Shown: in pieces, positions 19,292 to 28,544 of the stretch
Layout: every line of letters starts with the position of its first letter
Numbering within the stretch: the stretch's first letter is position 1
Source: Verrucomicrobiota bacterium
GTDB taxonomy: Bacteria > Chlamydiota > Chlamydiia > Chlamydiales > JAEYWL01
Length of the DNA: 62,758 nucleotides
Direction: 5' to 3'
Assembly (NCBI GenBank): GCA_023428915.1
Contig: JAEYWL010000058.1
Span: forward strand, 1 to 62,758
Notes under the pieces: generated by a model
Databases searched by the model: none
What the model saw: the letters and a program-made list of their open reading frames with translations, nothing else
What the model was told of the DNA's origin: nothing
Program-made: the position numbers and the translations under genes

Positions 19292-20998
19292 ATGAAAAAA
19301 ATGTATCACATTGTAGCAGCGCTGGCGCTAGTGCTGCAAGCCAACTTGGCCGCTGTTGTGCCAGGCTGGACCCCTGAGCAAATTTCTACAGCAAGCCCTG
19401 TAGTTCCTGATGAAGGGCCAAACCACACTTTTTCAGGAGTTGATGCGCATGGAAACTTTTTTGCTATTTGGAATGCCGAGGTAAACGGCAATACGGTAGT
19501 GATGGCCGCCATTAATAGACCGGGGCTTGGCTGGCTGCCTGAAACGATTATCTCCAATCCGTTGCAAGATAGTAGTGCAGCTACCTGCACCTTAAAAGAA
19601 AATGGCGAAGCTTATGTCATTTGGCAGAATACTACATTAGGAGAAATAGAGGTTGCGATCAACCCCAATATAGGCGCCTTAAATTGGTTGGCTCCTGTGC
19701 AAATTTCCAATGCAGTGGCGGCCGGCCATGTTTTAGGAGAAGAGTACCGCCCTGTTATTAGCTCTGCCTCTCAAATTAGCGCCGTAGTGGCAGTATGGCG
19801 TGAAGGATCTTCTACAGCCGATACGCAAGTATATGCCAATTGGGATAACGGCAGCGGCTGGAATTTAGATAATATTCAGCAATTATCTGCCAGCGGTTTT
19901 AATGCGCCGCAGGCAAATGTTGATGTAGGTAATGGCGGTATTGCAATCGCAACTTGGGTAGAAGACCACACAACTTTTTCTGCTGTCTATGCCAATGTTT
20001 TCAGATTCGACACTCTCTCTTGGGGATCTGCTTCTACAGCACTTTCAAGTACAGCAGCCGGAAGTTCAGTAATAGTTCCGAATGTTATTGCAACTTTTGA
20101 CGTGTCTAATATCCCTGCCGTAGAAGTAAGCGGTTTTGGAATAGGCTTTCTGGCTTGGCATTATGCCCCAAGTGTTGCCGGGCCATATGACATACAAGTA
20201 GCCTTTTATCAACCCGGTGTAGGATTTACTCCTGCAATTACATTTACTGCAGCCTTCCCCAATACGCTTTCATACATTCAGCCTAGATTGGTACAAAATG
20301 ACGAAGGCATTACTTGGATTGGTTTCTTAGGCAGAAGCGTAATGAGCCCGGTGGCAAACTTTGTGTTTGTAAGCAGTACCCATATTTCAACTGAAGGCGC
20401 TCCGGAGTTTACAACTCCCGTACAAGTAAATCCACTCTCCTTTATCCTCACGCGCAATTTTGATATTGCCGTCAATGGATTGGGCAATGCCCTTGTTTCT
20501 TGGTATAATCAGACAGAAACTTTTGCTTCTCCTGTCACATTAGGGCAAGCGCCATTGCCGCAGCAGTTAGTGTACACTTCAAGCTCTCCTCTGGCCACTA
20601 TGTTCGATGTTAGATTAAGCAATACCAACATAGCGGAAGTCTTTATCATTGATAATGTAACTTCACTAACTTCAGCTGAAAATGTGATTGCAGTACGAGG
20701 CGTTGGCGTAGTAGCCCCGCAGAATGCGCCTAACTTTTCAGGCTATACTGTGGAGAACAGAACACTAAGCCGTAAATTCCTGGCTAACAAGCTTAGCTGG
20801 AATGTAACTGTGGACCCCACAGTGGCTTCTTATCAGCTATTTAGAAATGGCGTGCCGATTGCAGCTTTCCCTGTTTCTGCGCCTCATTCATATACTGATG
20901 TGCTGTTCGATCCCTCTATTCCTAACATCTATACCCTCTACTCTTTAGATATAAATGGTCTAGTTAGTGAAGGCGTTAGCGTAACGCTTAATCAGTAA
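19292..20998 (+). CDS. Secreted repeat protein, paralog A: signal peptide, ~7 W-containing beta-propeller-like repeats, C-terminal Fn3-like module
   Basis: The ORF opens at 19211, but the ATG at 19292 follows aaaggaagag and gives the signal peptide MKKMYHIVAALALVLQANLAA. Repeats: HGNFFAIWNAE, GEAYVIWQN, SAVVAVWREG, GIAIATWVED, GIGFLAWHYA, GITWIGFLG, GNALVSWYNQ. C-terminal ~100 aa is LSWNVTVDPTVASYQLFRNG...YTLYSLDINGLVSEG. Confidence 0.7.
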   Translation: MKKMYHIVAALALVLQANLAAVVPGWTPEQISTASPVVPDEGPNHTFSGVDAHGNFFAIWNAEVNGNTVVMAAINRPGLGWLPETIISNPLQDSSAATCTLKENGEAYVIWQNTTLGEIEVAINPNIGALNWLAPVQISNAVAAGHVLGEEYRPVISSASQISAVVAVWREGSSTADTQVYANWDNGSGWNLDNIQQLSASGFNAPQANVDVGNGGIAIATWVEDHTTFSAVYANVFRFDTLSWGSASTALSSTAAGSSVIVPNVIATFDVSNIPAVEVSGFGIGFLAWHYAPSVAGPYDIQVAFYQPGVGFTPAITFTAAFPNTLSYIQPRLVQNDEGITWIGFLGRSVMSPVANFVFVSSTHISTEGAPEFTTPVQVNPLSFILTRNFDIAVNGLGNALVSWYNQTETFASPVTLGQAPLPQQLVYTSSSPLATMFDVRLSNTNIAEVFIIDNVTSLTSAENVIAVRGVGVVAPQNAPNFSGYTVENRTLSRKFLANKLSWNVTVDPTVASYQLFRNGVPIAAFPVSAPHSYTDVLFDPSIPNIYTLYSLDINGLVSEGVSVTLNQ

Positions 20999-21020
20999 TA
21001 AAGAAATAAGCTTTGTGCTT

Positions 21021-21052
21021 AAAAACCCGGGATATAAATTCCGGGTTTTTTT
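21021..21052 (+). terminator. Rho-independent terminator after paralog A
   Basis: aaaaacccgg-gatataaatt-ccgggttttttt: GC stem followed by a T-run, 23 nt after the stop. Confidence 0.75.
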
Positions 21053-21114
21053 ATTCCAAATTTTCGTAAATATTTTCATTTAACTTATTCAAATATTAAC
21101 AAAGAGAAAACGAT

Positions 21115-22851
21115 ATGAAATATATGCATTGCATAATAGCATCGCTAGCTCTTCTTGTACTGCCCACTAATCTGGCAGCTATTGTGCCAGGTTGGTCCTC
21201 AGAGCAAATTTCTACTATTACACCCGTTACTGCAATCAAGCCGGTGGCTCAATTTTCAGGGGTAGATGCACATGGAAACTTTTTTGCTGTATGGCAGGAT
21301 AGGATAAATGGCAATGGAGTGGCTGTAGCAGCCATATACAGGCCTGGACTTGGCTGGCTGCCGGAAATAATCCTATCGGATCCCGCACAGAATGTAGGCA
21401 TTCCTACGGCAACCATAAAAGAGAATGGCGAGGCTTATGTTATTTGGAGCAATTTTTCTTTAGGCGAGGTAGAAGCGGCAGTCAACCCTAATATTGGAGC
21501 GTTGAACTGGTTAACGCCAGTCCAAATTTCCAATACGGTTGCAGCAGGCAACGAACTAGATCCTGACAGCCTGCCAATAATTAGCTCAGCTTCGCAAATT
21601 AATGCCGTAGTAGCTGTATGGCTTGAGGGTCCGGTTCAACTCGATGAGCCGCAAGTATATGCCAATTGGAATAACGGTTTTGGTTGGAATATAAGCAATG
21701 TCCAGCGGCTGTCCACGAATAATAATATTTCGTCATTGCAGCCAAATGTTAATGTCGGCAACGGAGGGATTGCTATTGCCGCCTGGGCGGAGGAGCATAT
21801 TACCCCTGATTTCTTCACAGCAGTCTATGCAAATGTGTTTAGGTTCGATACTCTTGCATGGGAACCGGTTTCGACTCCAGTCTCTAGTACAGCTGCCGGC
21901 AGCCATGCTGTAGCGTCTATTGCACAGAGCCAGGCTCCTGCAGTAGTGGTTAGCGGCTTCGGTATTGGGTTTTTAGCTTGGCACATAACCAACCCTGACC
22001 AAACTAACGATATTCAAATCGCTTTCTATCAACCGGGAGGCAGTTTTACAGCTCCCATAACTTTTACAGAAACATTTCCTCCGCTTCCGCTCGACTATGT
22101 GCAGCCAAAGCTTGTCCAAAATGATGAAGGCGTGACTTGGCTTGGTTTCTTGGGAATAAATTTATTCAACACCTCCCAAAGTTATGTATTTGCAAGCAGC
22201 ACCCTTATTTCTACTCAAGGGGCTCCACAATTCACAACCCCGGTAGCAGTGAATCAGCCGGCTCCGCCCGCCCCCTTCTACCCTCCTCCAACTACACTTA
22301 ATTTTGATATTGCCATCAATGGCTTAGGCAATGCACTCTTTACTTGGAGCAGTCTAACGGAAATTTTTGCCTCTTCTATCACTCTTGGGCAAGCTCCTTT
22401 ACCGCAGCAGCTGGTGTATGCATCAACGGCCCCGCTAGCAGCTCAATTTAATGCCAGATTGAGCAATACCAACGTAGCGGAAGTCTTTATCTTTGATAAT
22501 ATAACTTCATTTTCAGTGGTTTCGCCTGCTGTTGACGTGATTGCAGTGCGCGGTGTTGGCGTAGTAGCTCCGCAAAATGCGCCTAATTTTTCAGGCTATA
22601 CGGTGGAAAACAGGACCCTTAGCCGCAAGTTTCCGGCTAACAAACTTAGCTGGAATGTAACTGTGGACCCGACAGTGGCCTCCTATCAGCTATTTAGAAA
22701 TGGCGTGCAGATTGCGGCTTTCCCTGTTTCTGCGCCGCATTCTTATACCGATGTGCTGTTCGATCCCGGTATTCCTAACACCTATACTCTTTACTCTTTA
22801 GATGCAAATGGCCTAATGAGCGAAGGAGTTAGCGTCGCGCTCAATCAGTAA
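21115..22851 (+). CDS. Secreted repeat protein, paralog B (tandem copy of paralog A)
   Basis: 578 aa. Signal peptide MKYMHCIIASLALLVLPTNLAA and the same seven W-repeats. The last ~310 nt (22545-22851) are close to 90% identical by eye to 20690-20998. Confidence 0.7.
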   Translation: MKYMHCIIASLALLVLPTNLAAIVPGWSSEQISTITPVTAIKPVAQFSGVDAHGNFFAVWQDRINGNGVAVAAIYRPGLGWLPEIILSDPAQNVGIPTATIKENGEAYVIWSNFSLGEVEAAVNPNIGALNWLTPVQISNTVAAGNELDPDSLPIISSASQINAVVAVWLEGPVQLDEPQVYANWNNGFGWNISNVQRLSTNNNISSLQPNVNVGNGGIAIAAWAEEHITPDFFTAVYANVFRFDTLAWEPVSTPVSSTAAGSHAVASIAQSQAPAVVVSGFGIGFLAWHITNPDQTNDIQIAFYQPGGSFTAPITFTETFPPLPLDYVQPKLVQNDEGVTWLGFLGINLFNTSQSYVFASSTLISTQGAPQFTTPVAVNQPAPPAPFYPPPTTLNFDIAINGLGNALFTWSSLTEIFASSITLGQAPLPQQLVYASTAPLAAQFNARLSNTNVAEVFIFDNITSFSVVSPAVDVIAVRGVGVVAPQNAPNFSGYTVENRTLSRKFPANKLSWNVTVDPTVASYQLFRNGVQIAAFPVSAPHSYTDVLFDPGIPNTYTLYSLDANGLMSEGVSVALNQ

Positions 22852-22866
22852 CAGACGATTACAGAC

Positions 22867-22893
22867 AACCACGGAAAAGCTTCTTCCGTGGTT
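22867..22893. terminator. Hairpin between convergent genes (probable bidirectional terminator)
   Basis: aaccacggaa-aagcttc-ttccgtggttt lies between the stops at 22851 (+) and 22934 (-). Confidence 0.6.
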
Positions 22894-22933
22894 TAAAGAA
22901 GCAATAATTTCCAAATATGCCGTTTAATCCCTG

Positions 22934-23977
22934 CTAGATGGATAAAGAATTGGCCGCTACCCTTTTCTTTTTAATGGAGATGTTTTTCTCTATTAAGTTA
23001 TAGAAAAGAGCCCCTCCAAAAATGCTTAAGCTAAGCGTAATTAAGAAAGTCAGAACTGGTGCATGAAGATTTAGAGCGATGGAAATTTTATAGGCCAGCA
23101 AAATTATCGGTGTATGAATGAGATAAAGCGAGTAGGAAATTTTTCCCAAATACAAAAGGGGATTAGGGATATTTGCTTGTAATTGTTCATCATGGGCAGA
23201 CCCTATCAAAAATAAGGCTGCGGGAATCACTGCAAGCCAAAAGGGGATGGGTAAAAAGTAATTAATGACTATGCCAGCTGCCGTAATCAAAATAGCGCTT
23301 TTCCAAAGAATAGTTGAAGAAAACCCTTGGTAATACTGGAGGCACATGGCTGCTCCTACTCCCACAAAAAATTCTAAGTTTCTTAAGCCAAAAAACTGAC
23401 GGACGGTTTCCAATGAAGGAGGCAGGGGAATGATAAAATTAAAGGCAAAAATGGCTGCAATCCATGCTGCTATAACAGCCACTCCCATTCTTCCATTGAG
23501 AATCAGCAGTCCAAAAAATGAGTAAAAAATCATTTCGTAGACCAAAGTCCATGAAACAACAACAACCAGCCGCTCCTGCTGGGGAAATAAAAAAAAGGAT
23601 TTTACGGCACTCAGTAGCGAGATCTCTTTGAACTCTCCGATCCTTCCTTGAAATAGATAGAGGGAAAAGAGAAGAAGAAAAGCGGCCCAATAGGAGGGGT
23701 AAATTCTGTTGATGCGCCGTTTTATATAGATAGGCCACTGTTGCGGATAGTTGATATCCTTTGCATGGACCCACATCATAATAAACCCGCTGATTACGAA
23801 AAATATATCCACTCCCCAATAACCAAATGAAAATACCTGCGGCAAAAATACTCCCTTATAATACTCGCCATCGGCGCCAGCTAAATGCAATAACAATACA
23901 AATAAGGCCGCAATGCCCCTTAAAGCTTGAAGGGAGTTAATTTGATTAGACTTTGACACTGCGTATTTCCTTCTCAA
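22934..23977 (-). CDS. Acyltransferase family 3 (OafA/OatA-like) integral membrane O-acyltransferase
   Basis: 347 aa, multi-TM. N-terminal signature INSLQALRGIAALFVLLLHL is typical of the Acyl_transf_3 family. Confidence 0.8.
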   Translation of the reverse strand: MRRKYAVSKSNQINSLQALRGIAALFVLLLHLAGADGEYYKGVFLPQVFSFGYWGVDIFFVISGFIMMWVHAKDINYPQQWPIYIKRRINRIYPSYWAAFLLLFSLYLFQGRIGEFKEISLLSAVKSFFLFPQQERLVVVVSWTLVYEMIFYSFFGLLILNGRMGVAVIAAWIAAIFAFNFIIPLPPSLETVRQFFGLRNLEFFVGVGAAMCLQYYQGFSSTILWKSAILITAAGIVINYFLPIPFWLAVIPAALFLIGSAHDEQLQANIPNPLLYLGKISYSLYLIHTPIILLAYKISIALNLHAPVLTFLITLSLSIFGGALFYNLIEKNISIKKKRVAANSLSI

Positions 23978-23989
23978 TAGACTTTTTGC

Positions 23990-24187
23990 ATAACCTAATT
24001 TTCGTGCCGCGCGCGTGCCCGGCTTATTTCCGGGTCATCTTGTTAACATAGGATCGAAACTCTATTTTTGCATAAGCGCTCATAATGTTGAATAAGTGTC
24101 ATACTGTACTAAAAACTTAAATCGTCAGAAAGTTAATTTTTTCGGACAAGGGTATGGGCACGCACACGGGCACGAAAATTCGGTTAT
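23990..24187. repeat. ~31-nt inverted repeats flanking a ~135-nt spacer
   Basis: 23990-24020 ataacctaattttcgtgccgcgcgcgtgccc versus 24156-24187, whose reverse complement is ataaccgaattttcgtgcccgtgtgcgtgccc. An inner hairpin cccgg-cttattt-ccggg lies at 24018-24034. Confidence 0.8.
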
Positions 24188-24223
24188 AGCTCGGAAAAAA
24201 TAAGAATTAAGCAAAGGAAGAAA

Positions 24224-24311
24224 CGGAGGAGGTGGGATTCGAACCCACGATACGTGTTTAGCGTATACACGATTTCCAATCGTGCTCCTTCGGCCGCTCG
24301 GACACTCCTCC
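24224..24311 (-). tRNA. tRNA-Ser (anticodon GGA)
   Basis: The reverse complement folds as a cloverleaf: acceptor ggaggag/ctcctcc, D-arm tccgagcggccgaagga, anticodon stem cacga/tcgtg with loop ttGGAaa, long variable arm, T-arm gtggg-ttcgaat-cccac. CCA is not encoded. Confidence 0.95.
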
Positions 24312-24384
24312 GCAAATAGATGTTGAATAGACTAAAGAAATTGGATTTAAGGGGCAAGAGTTATTACCTTGCGAAAAAAGATAT

Positions 24385-25296
24385 ATGGGGGGCATAGTAG
24401 ACGGTTTATTGGGGTTATCAGGTATGTTTAAATTTCTTCTTCTTGCCTTAACTTTTGCAATTTCTTGCGTGCATGCAATTGAATCAACGCCTGCTGAGGC
24501 AAGCCGCTACGTCTTGGTCAGCGTGGCTCCTTATAAATTCTTTTTAAATCGGGTTGCAGGCGACACGGTAAAGGTGGGGCTTTTAGTGCCGCCGGCAGCC
24601 AGCTCCCATACCTATGAACCTACACCGAAACAAATTTTAGAAGCCAGCAATGCAGACTTGTGGTTTACCATTGGAGAATCCTTTGAATGCCGCATTTTAC
24701 CTGCTTTACAGGCGCGCAACCCAAGTTTACAGGCGGTTGATTTACGGCAGGGATTGGATTTGATTGCTGCAGCCAGTACGAATAGCTGCAGTCATGGCTG
24801 CTGCAAGGGTTCCGGTGGAGAGGATTTACATATCTGGTTGAGTTTAAGGCAGGTGGAAATTCAAATTAGGACCATTGCGGCTGCTTTAAGCGCCCGCTAT
24901 CCTGAAAATGCTCAAGTTTATGCACGCAATGCAGAGCAGTTTGTTGCGGAATTGCGCGCTTTGGACCGGCAAATTTCAACTTTGTTAGCTCCCCTAAAGC
25001 AACGCACTGTTCTCGTCTCGCATCCGGCGTATGCTTATTTCTGCCGCGACTATAATTTAGAGCAGTTATCTATCGAGTTTGAAGGAAAGGATCCTTCTCC
25101 GCAGCAATTAACCAAACTGCTGCAGCAAGCCAAGCAGAAGAAAATTAAAGCGATTTTTATTCAAAGGCAATACAGCAATAAAGGGGCCAAACTGATTGCT
25201 ACCCAACTTGGGGCAAAACTAGTCATGCTCGACCCTTATTCAGAAAATTATCTGAGTGCCATGCGGGAAATCGCAGAGAATTTTGCTAACCAGTAA
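24385..25296 (+). CDS. Metal (Zn/Mn/Fe) ABC transporter substrate-binding protein, ZnuA/TroA cluster-9 family
   Basis: 303 aa. The likely true start is 24424 (MFKFLLLALTFAISCVHA signal peptide). Family-typical SSHTYEPTPKQ, DLHIWLS and HPAYAYF motifs, followed by ATPase and permease genes. Confidence 0.85.
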   Translation: MGGIVDGLLGLSGMFKFLLLALTFAISCVHAIESTPAEASRYVLVSVAPYKFFLNRVAGDTVKVGLLVPPAASSHTYEPTPKQILEASNADLWFTIGESFECRILPALQARNPSLQAVDLRQGLDLIAAASTNSCSHGCCKGSGGEDLHIWLSLRQVEIQIRTIAAALSARYPENAQVYARNAEQFVAELRALDRQISTLLAPLKQRTVLVSHPAYAYFCRDYNLEQLSIEFEGKDPSPQQLTKLLQQAKQKKIKAIFIQRQYSNKGAKLIATQLGAKLVMLDPYSENYLSAMREIAENFANQ

Positions 25297-25297
25297 T

Positions 25298-26017
25298 ATG
25301 AACCCGTTAATTGAACTCCAAGATCTAAATTTTCAATACCAGGGAGTTCCTGTCCTGCAGCGCATTACTTTTAAAATCGTGGAAGGGGAGTTTATCGGCA
25401 TTATTGGCCCAAATGGCGGCGGCAAGACAACACTGTTAAAAATTATTTTGGGGTTTTTAAAGCCGCAATCCGGAAAAGTTAGCATCAACGGCATGGCGCC
25501 TGCAGAAGCCCGCGGAATTATGGCCTATGTGCCGCAAACCAAAGGGTTTGACCGGGACTTCCCGATAACTGTGCTGGAAGTTGTGTTAATGGGACGGCTC
25601 TCACGGCTTTCCTGGCTGGGTAGGTACAGCCGCTCTGACCGGCAAATCGCTTGCGAATCATTGGAAAAAGTGGGATTGGGGGCTTTTGCCAATCGCCCCT
25701 TTGGCACACTTTCCGGCGGGCAGGCGCAACGCGTATTAATTGCCAGGGCGCTGGCTTCGCAGCCCCGTTTACTGCTTTTGGATGAACCCACTGCAAGCGT
25801 TGATGCGGAGTCCGAAAATGAGATTAATAGCATGTTGAAAGAACTTTCGGCACACATGACCATTCTCATGGTCACCCATGACTTAGATGCAATTATCAAA
25901 GATGTGCAAAAAGTAATCAGCGTGAGGGGGGAAGCGGCGATGCTGCAGCCTGCTGACGTTTGCGAGCATTTTACCTATGGCCTTTACCATCGGCCTCTAC
26001 TCAATACCAAGTTATGA
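25298..26017 (+). CDS. Metal ABC transporter ATP-binding protein (ZnuC-like)
   Basis: Start chosen at MNPLIELQDL, 1 nt after the upstream stop. Walker A GPNGGGKTT, signature LSGGQAQR, Walker B LLLLDEP. Confidence 0.9.
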   Translation: MNPLIELQDLNFQYQGVPVLQRITFKIVEGEFIGIIGPNGGGKTTLLKIILGFLKPQSGKVSINGMAPAEARGIMAYVPQTKGFDRDFPITVLEVVLMGRLSRLSWLGRYSRSDRQIACESLEKVGLGAFANRPFGTLSGGQAQRVLIARALASQPRLLLLDEPTASVDAESENEINSMLKELSAHMTILMVTHDLDAIIKDVQKVISVRGEAAMLQPADVCEHFTYGLYHRPLLNTKL

Positions 26018-26853
26018 TTTCCTTTTTTGAAGCCCTTAGCACAAATCCTTTACTTCTTTCTGCCATCATAGCGGGTTTTTTAGCCTCAATTGTCAGCGGT
26101 GTGGTCGGCTCCTATGTGGTGGTTAAACGCATTGTTTTTATCAGCGGCAGCATCTCCCACTCTGTACTTGGCGGCATCGGTTTGTTCTTATGGCTGGAGC
26201 GTTCACAAGGTGTGGAATGGGCCTCTCCCCTGATTGGAGCTCTTCTTGCCGCGGTATTGTCGGCTTTGATCATCGGCTGGATTCATCTCAACTACCGGCA
26301 GCGGGAAGATACGGTCATTGCAGCCTTATGGTCCATCGGCATGGCATTAGGCGTGCTTTTTATACATTTAACACCCGGCTTCAATGTTGAATTGACGAAT
26401 TTTTTGATAGGCAACATCCTTTGGGTAACCCCCGACGATTTATTGCTGCTGACTTGTCTCGATTTATTTGTTTTGGCAGTAGTTATCCTGCTGAATAAGC
26501 GTTTTTTAGCGATTTGTTTTGACGAAGAGCAGGCGCAGTTGCAGGGGCTTTCCCTAAACCGGCTTTATTTATTTTTGCTGGTTTTGATAGCCATTTCTAT
26601 TGTATTGCTGATTCAAGTTGTAGGTATTATCCTGGTCATGACCATGTTAACCATTCCCTCTGCGATTGCTAACCTGGCCAGTTCCCGGCTTTCTTTAATT
26701 ATGGTGCTGGCCGTCATAATTAGCGCTGCGACTACCTTCCTGGGAATCGCCGTTTCATATCAACTTGATTGGCCATCGGGAGCGACAATCGCGCTTTTGG
26801 CTGGTATATTTTATTTAATGGCTTTATTAGTCAAAAAAAAGAGCCTTGGGTAG
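26014..26853 (+). CDS. Metal ABC transporter permease (ZnuB-like)
   Basis: Start at MISFFEAL forms an ATGA overlap with the ATPase stop. About 8 TM segments. No fused DtxR-type repressor domain. Confidence 0.88.
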   Translation: MISFFEALSTNPLLLSAIIAGFLASIVSGVVGSYVVVKRIVFISGSISHSVLGGIGLFLWLERSQGVEWASPLIGALLAAVLSALIIGWIHLNYRQREDTVIAALWSIGMALGVLFIHLTPGFNVELTNFLIGNILWVTPDDLLLLTCLDLFVLAVVILLNKRFLAICFDEEQAQLQGLSLNRLYLFLLVLIAISIVLLIQVVGIILVMTMLTIPSAIANLASSRLSLIMVLAVIISAATTFLGIAVSYQLDWPSGATIALLAGIFYLMALLVKKKSLG

Positions 26854-26869
26854 AAACTACCTAAGGCTC
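26833..26869 (-). terminator. Rho-independent terminator of tRNA-Ser(GCU), embedded in the 3' end of the convergent permease CDS
   Basis: On the minus strand: gagccttaggtag-ttt-ctacccaaggctc followed by T8 (plus-strand A8 at 26833-26840). The stem has 12 of 13 bp and begins 5 nt after the tRNA 3' end. Confidence 0.75.
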
Positions 26870-26873
26870 GGTG

Positions 26874-26961
26874 CGGAAAGAGAGGGATTCGAACCCTCGA
26901 TACCCTTTAGGGGTATGCGTCCTTAGCAGGGACGTGCTTTCGGCCACTCAGCCATCTTTCC
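26874..26961 (-). tRNA. tRNA-Ser (anticodon GCU)
   Basis: Reverse complement: acceptor ggaaaga/tctttcc, D-arm gctgagtggccgaaagc, anticodon stem cgtcc/ggacg with loop ctGCTaa, long variable arm, T-arm gaggg-ttcgaat-ccctc. Confidence 0.95.
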
Positions 26962-27018
26962 ATCCTTCAAAGACAAAAACATTCTAGCTGAGATGGATTG
27001 TTTCGCACAAGGATAAGA

Positions 27019-28371
27019 TCATGTTTTTTTAATAGTCTCACTCTCACTATGGCCAGCTACTAGCGGCGTTGTTTCTGCCGCCTCTTTTTTCTCCGGTAGA
27101 ACATCAAATGTATGTACGATAAGGCGTACATTGCGGTGGCCTGTGATAAACAAAAACAGCCATTCTGCCATTACCATGAAGCGATTAGTAAAGTTGACTA
27201 AGTAGGCAATATGGATTAAGCTCCAGGCCATCCAGGCGAGAAAGCCGCTCATTTTTAACTTGCCTATCATAGCAATTGCCTTGCCTTTTCCAATAGTGGC
27301 CATCTGCCCTTTATCGAAATATTTAAATGAGGTGCGCCCCTCAGAAGGTATTTTGCGCTCAATGATTTTTGCCACAAATTTTCCTTGCTGCAGGGCTACC
27401 TGGGCCACTCCTGGCAAAGGACGGGTTTGCAAGTTGCCATTGGCGTCTTTTTCTTCACTGGGAAAATTGGCTGCATCGCCGATTACAAATACATTGGGAT
27501 CGCCTGGAATGGAGCAATCTTTCTCGACCAGGACACGTCCCATTTTATCTAAGGGAGCGTTTAACGTTTTAGCCAAGGGCAGGCCGCGATTGCCTGCCGC
27601 CCAAATGACAGTGTGGGCTGGTTGCAAGCGGTTGCCTATCCACACGCCTTCTTCGGTAATACCAGTGACAATAGTTTCGGTAAATACGTGGACCCCGAGC
27701 TTTTCCAGGTCTCTCTGGGCTTTAAGGGAAAGATCGGGTGGGTAAGAAGGCAGGATATATTTGGCGCCTTCGAGCAAATAGATTTTTGCCTGCTGCGGAC
27801 GAATTTTGCGAAAGTTTTTAGTCATAGACTTATTCGCAATTTCAGCAATGGCGCCTGCCATTTCAACGCCTGTCGGCCCGCCTCCAATGATCACAAAATT
27901 AAGGTAGGAAAGGGCTTCAAGGGTGGATTCGCAGCGCTCAGCTTTCTCAAAAGCCATCAGCACCCGCTCCCTTATAGAAAGGGCGTCATCCAAAGTCTTT
28001 AATCCGGGAGCAAATTCTGCCCATTGGTCATTGCCGAAATAGGAGTGAATTCCTCCAATGGCTAAAATTAAATAGTCATAAGTGTCCTTATCCCCGTTTT
28101 TTAAGAAGATGGTCTTGGATTTGGTGTCAATTTTTTCCACTTCACCCATGAAAACAGTGCAATTTTTCTGGTTTCTCAAAATTTCCCTAATCGGCTGGGC
28201 AATATCTGAGGATGATAAGGCAGATGTGGCTACTTGATATAAGAGTGGTTGGAATAAGTGATGATTTGTGCGATCATATAGCGAGATGGTGGCATCTGCT
28301 TTTTTTAGCGATTGGGCGGCAGTTAATCCGCCGAATCCACCGCCGATGATAATTACTTTAGGAGTTGCCAT
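27019..28371 (-). CDS. ndh: Type II NADH dehydrogenase (NDH-2), FAD-dependent pyridine nucleotide-disulfide oxidoreductase
   Basis: 450 aa. First dinucleotide fold KVIIIGGGFGGLTAA, second IIGGGPTGVEMAGA, then VFVIGDAA, and a hydrophobic C-terminal membrane-association region. Confidence 0.88.
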   Translation of the reverse strand: MATPKVIIIGGGFGGLTAAQSLKKADATISLYDRTNHHLFQPLLYQVATSALSSSDIAQPIREILRNQKNCTVFMGEVEKIDTKSKTIFLKNGDKDTYDYLILAIGGIHSYFGNDQWAEFAPGLKTLDDALSIRERVLMAFEKAERCESTLEALSYLNFVIIGGGPTGVEMAGAIAEIANKSMTKNFRKIRPQQAKIYLLEGAKYILPSYPPDLSLKAQRDLEKLGVHVFTETIVTGITEEGVWIGNRLQPAHTVIWAAGNRGLPLAKTLNAPLDKMGRVLVEKDCSIPGDPNVFVIGDAANFPSEEKDANGNLQTRPLPGVAQVALQQGKFVAKIIERKIPSEGRTSFKYFDKGQMATIGKGKAIAMIGKLKMSGFLAWMAWSLIHIAYLVNFTNRFMVMAEWLFLFITGHRNVRLIVHTFDVLPEKKEAAETTPLVAGHSESETIKKT

Positions 28372-28544
28372 ATTGGCTCCTTTTGGTAGTGATTTGATGG
28401 AATGCCATTTATTACAAGGAAATTACTCCTAATACTCAAATAGGATTTGGGTGTATCTTCATTTTACTATTTTATCTAATTTTTGAGGGAATTATGGAAA
28501 CACGTGCAGTAGGCGCTTGACAAAATGCTTTTTTTTCAACACCT

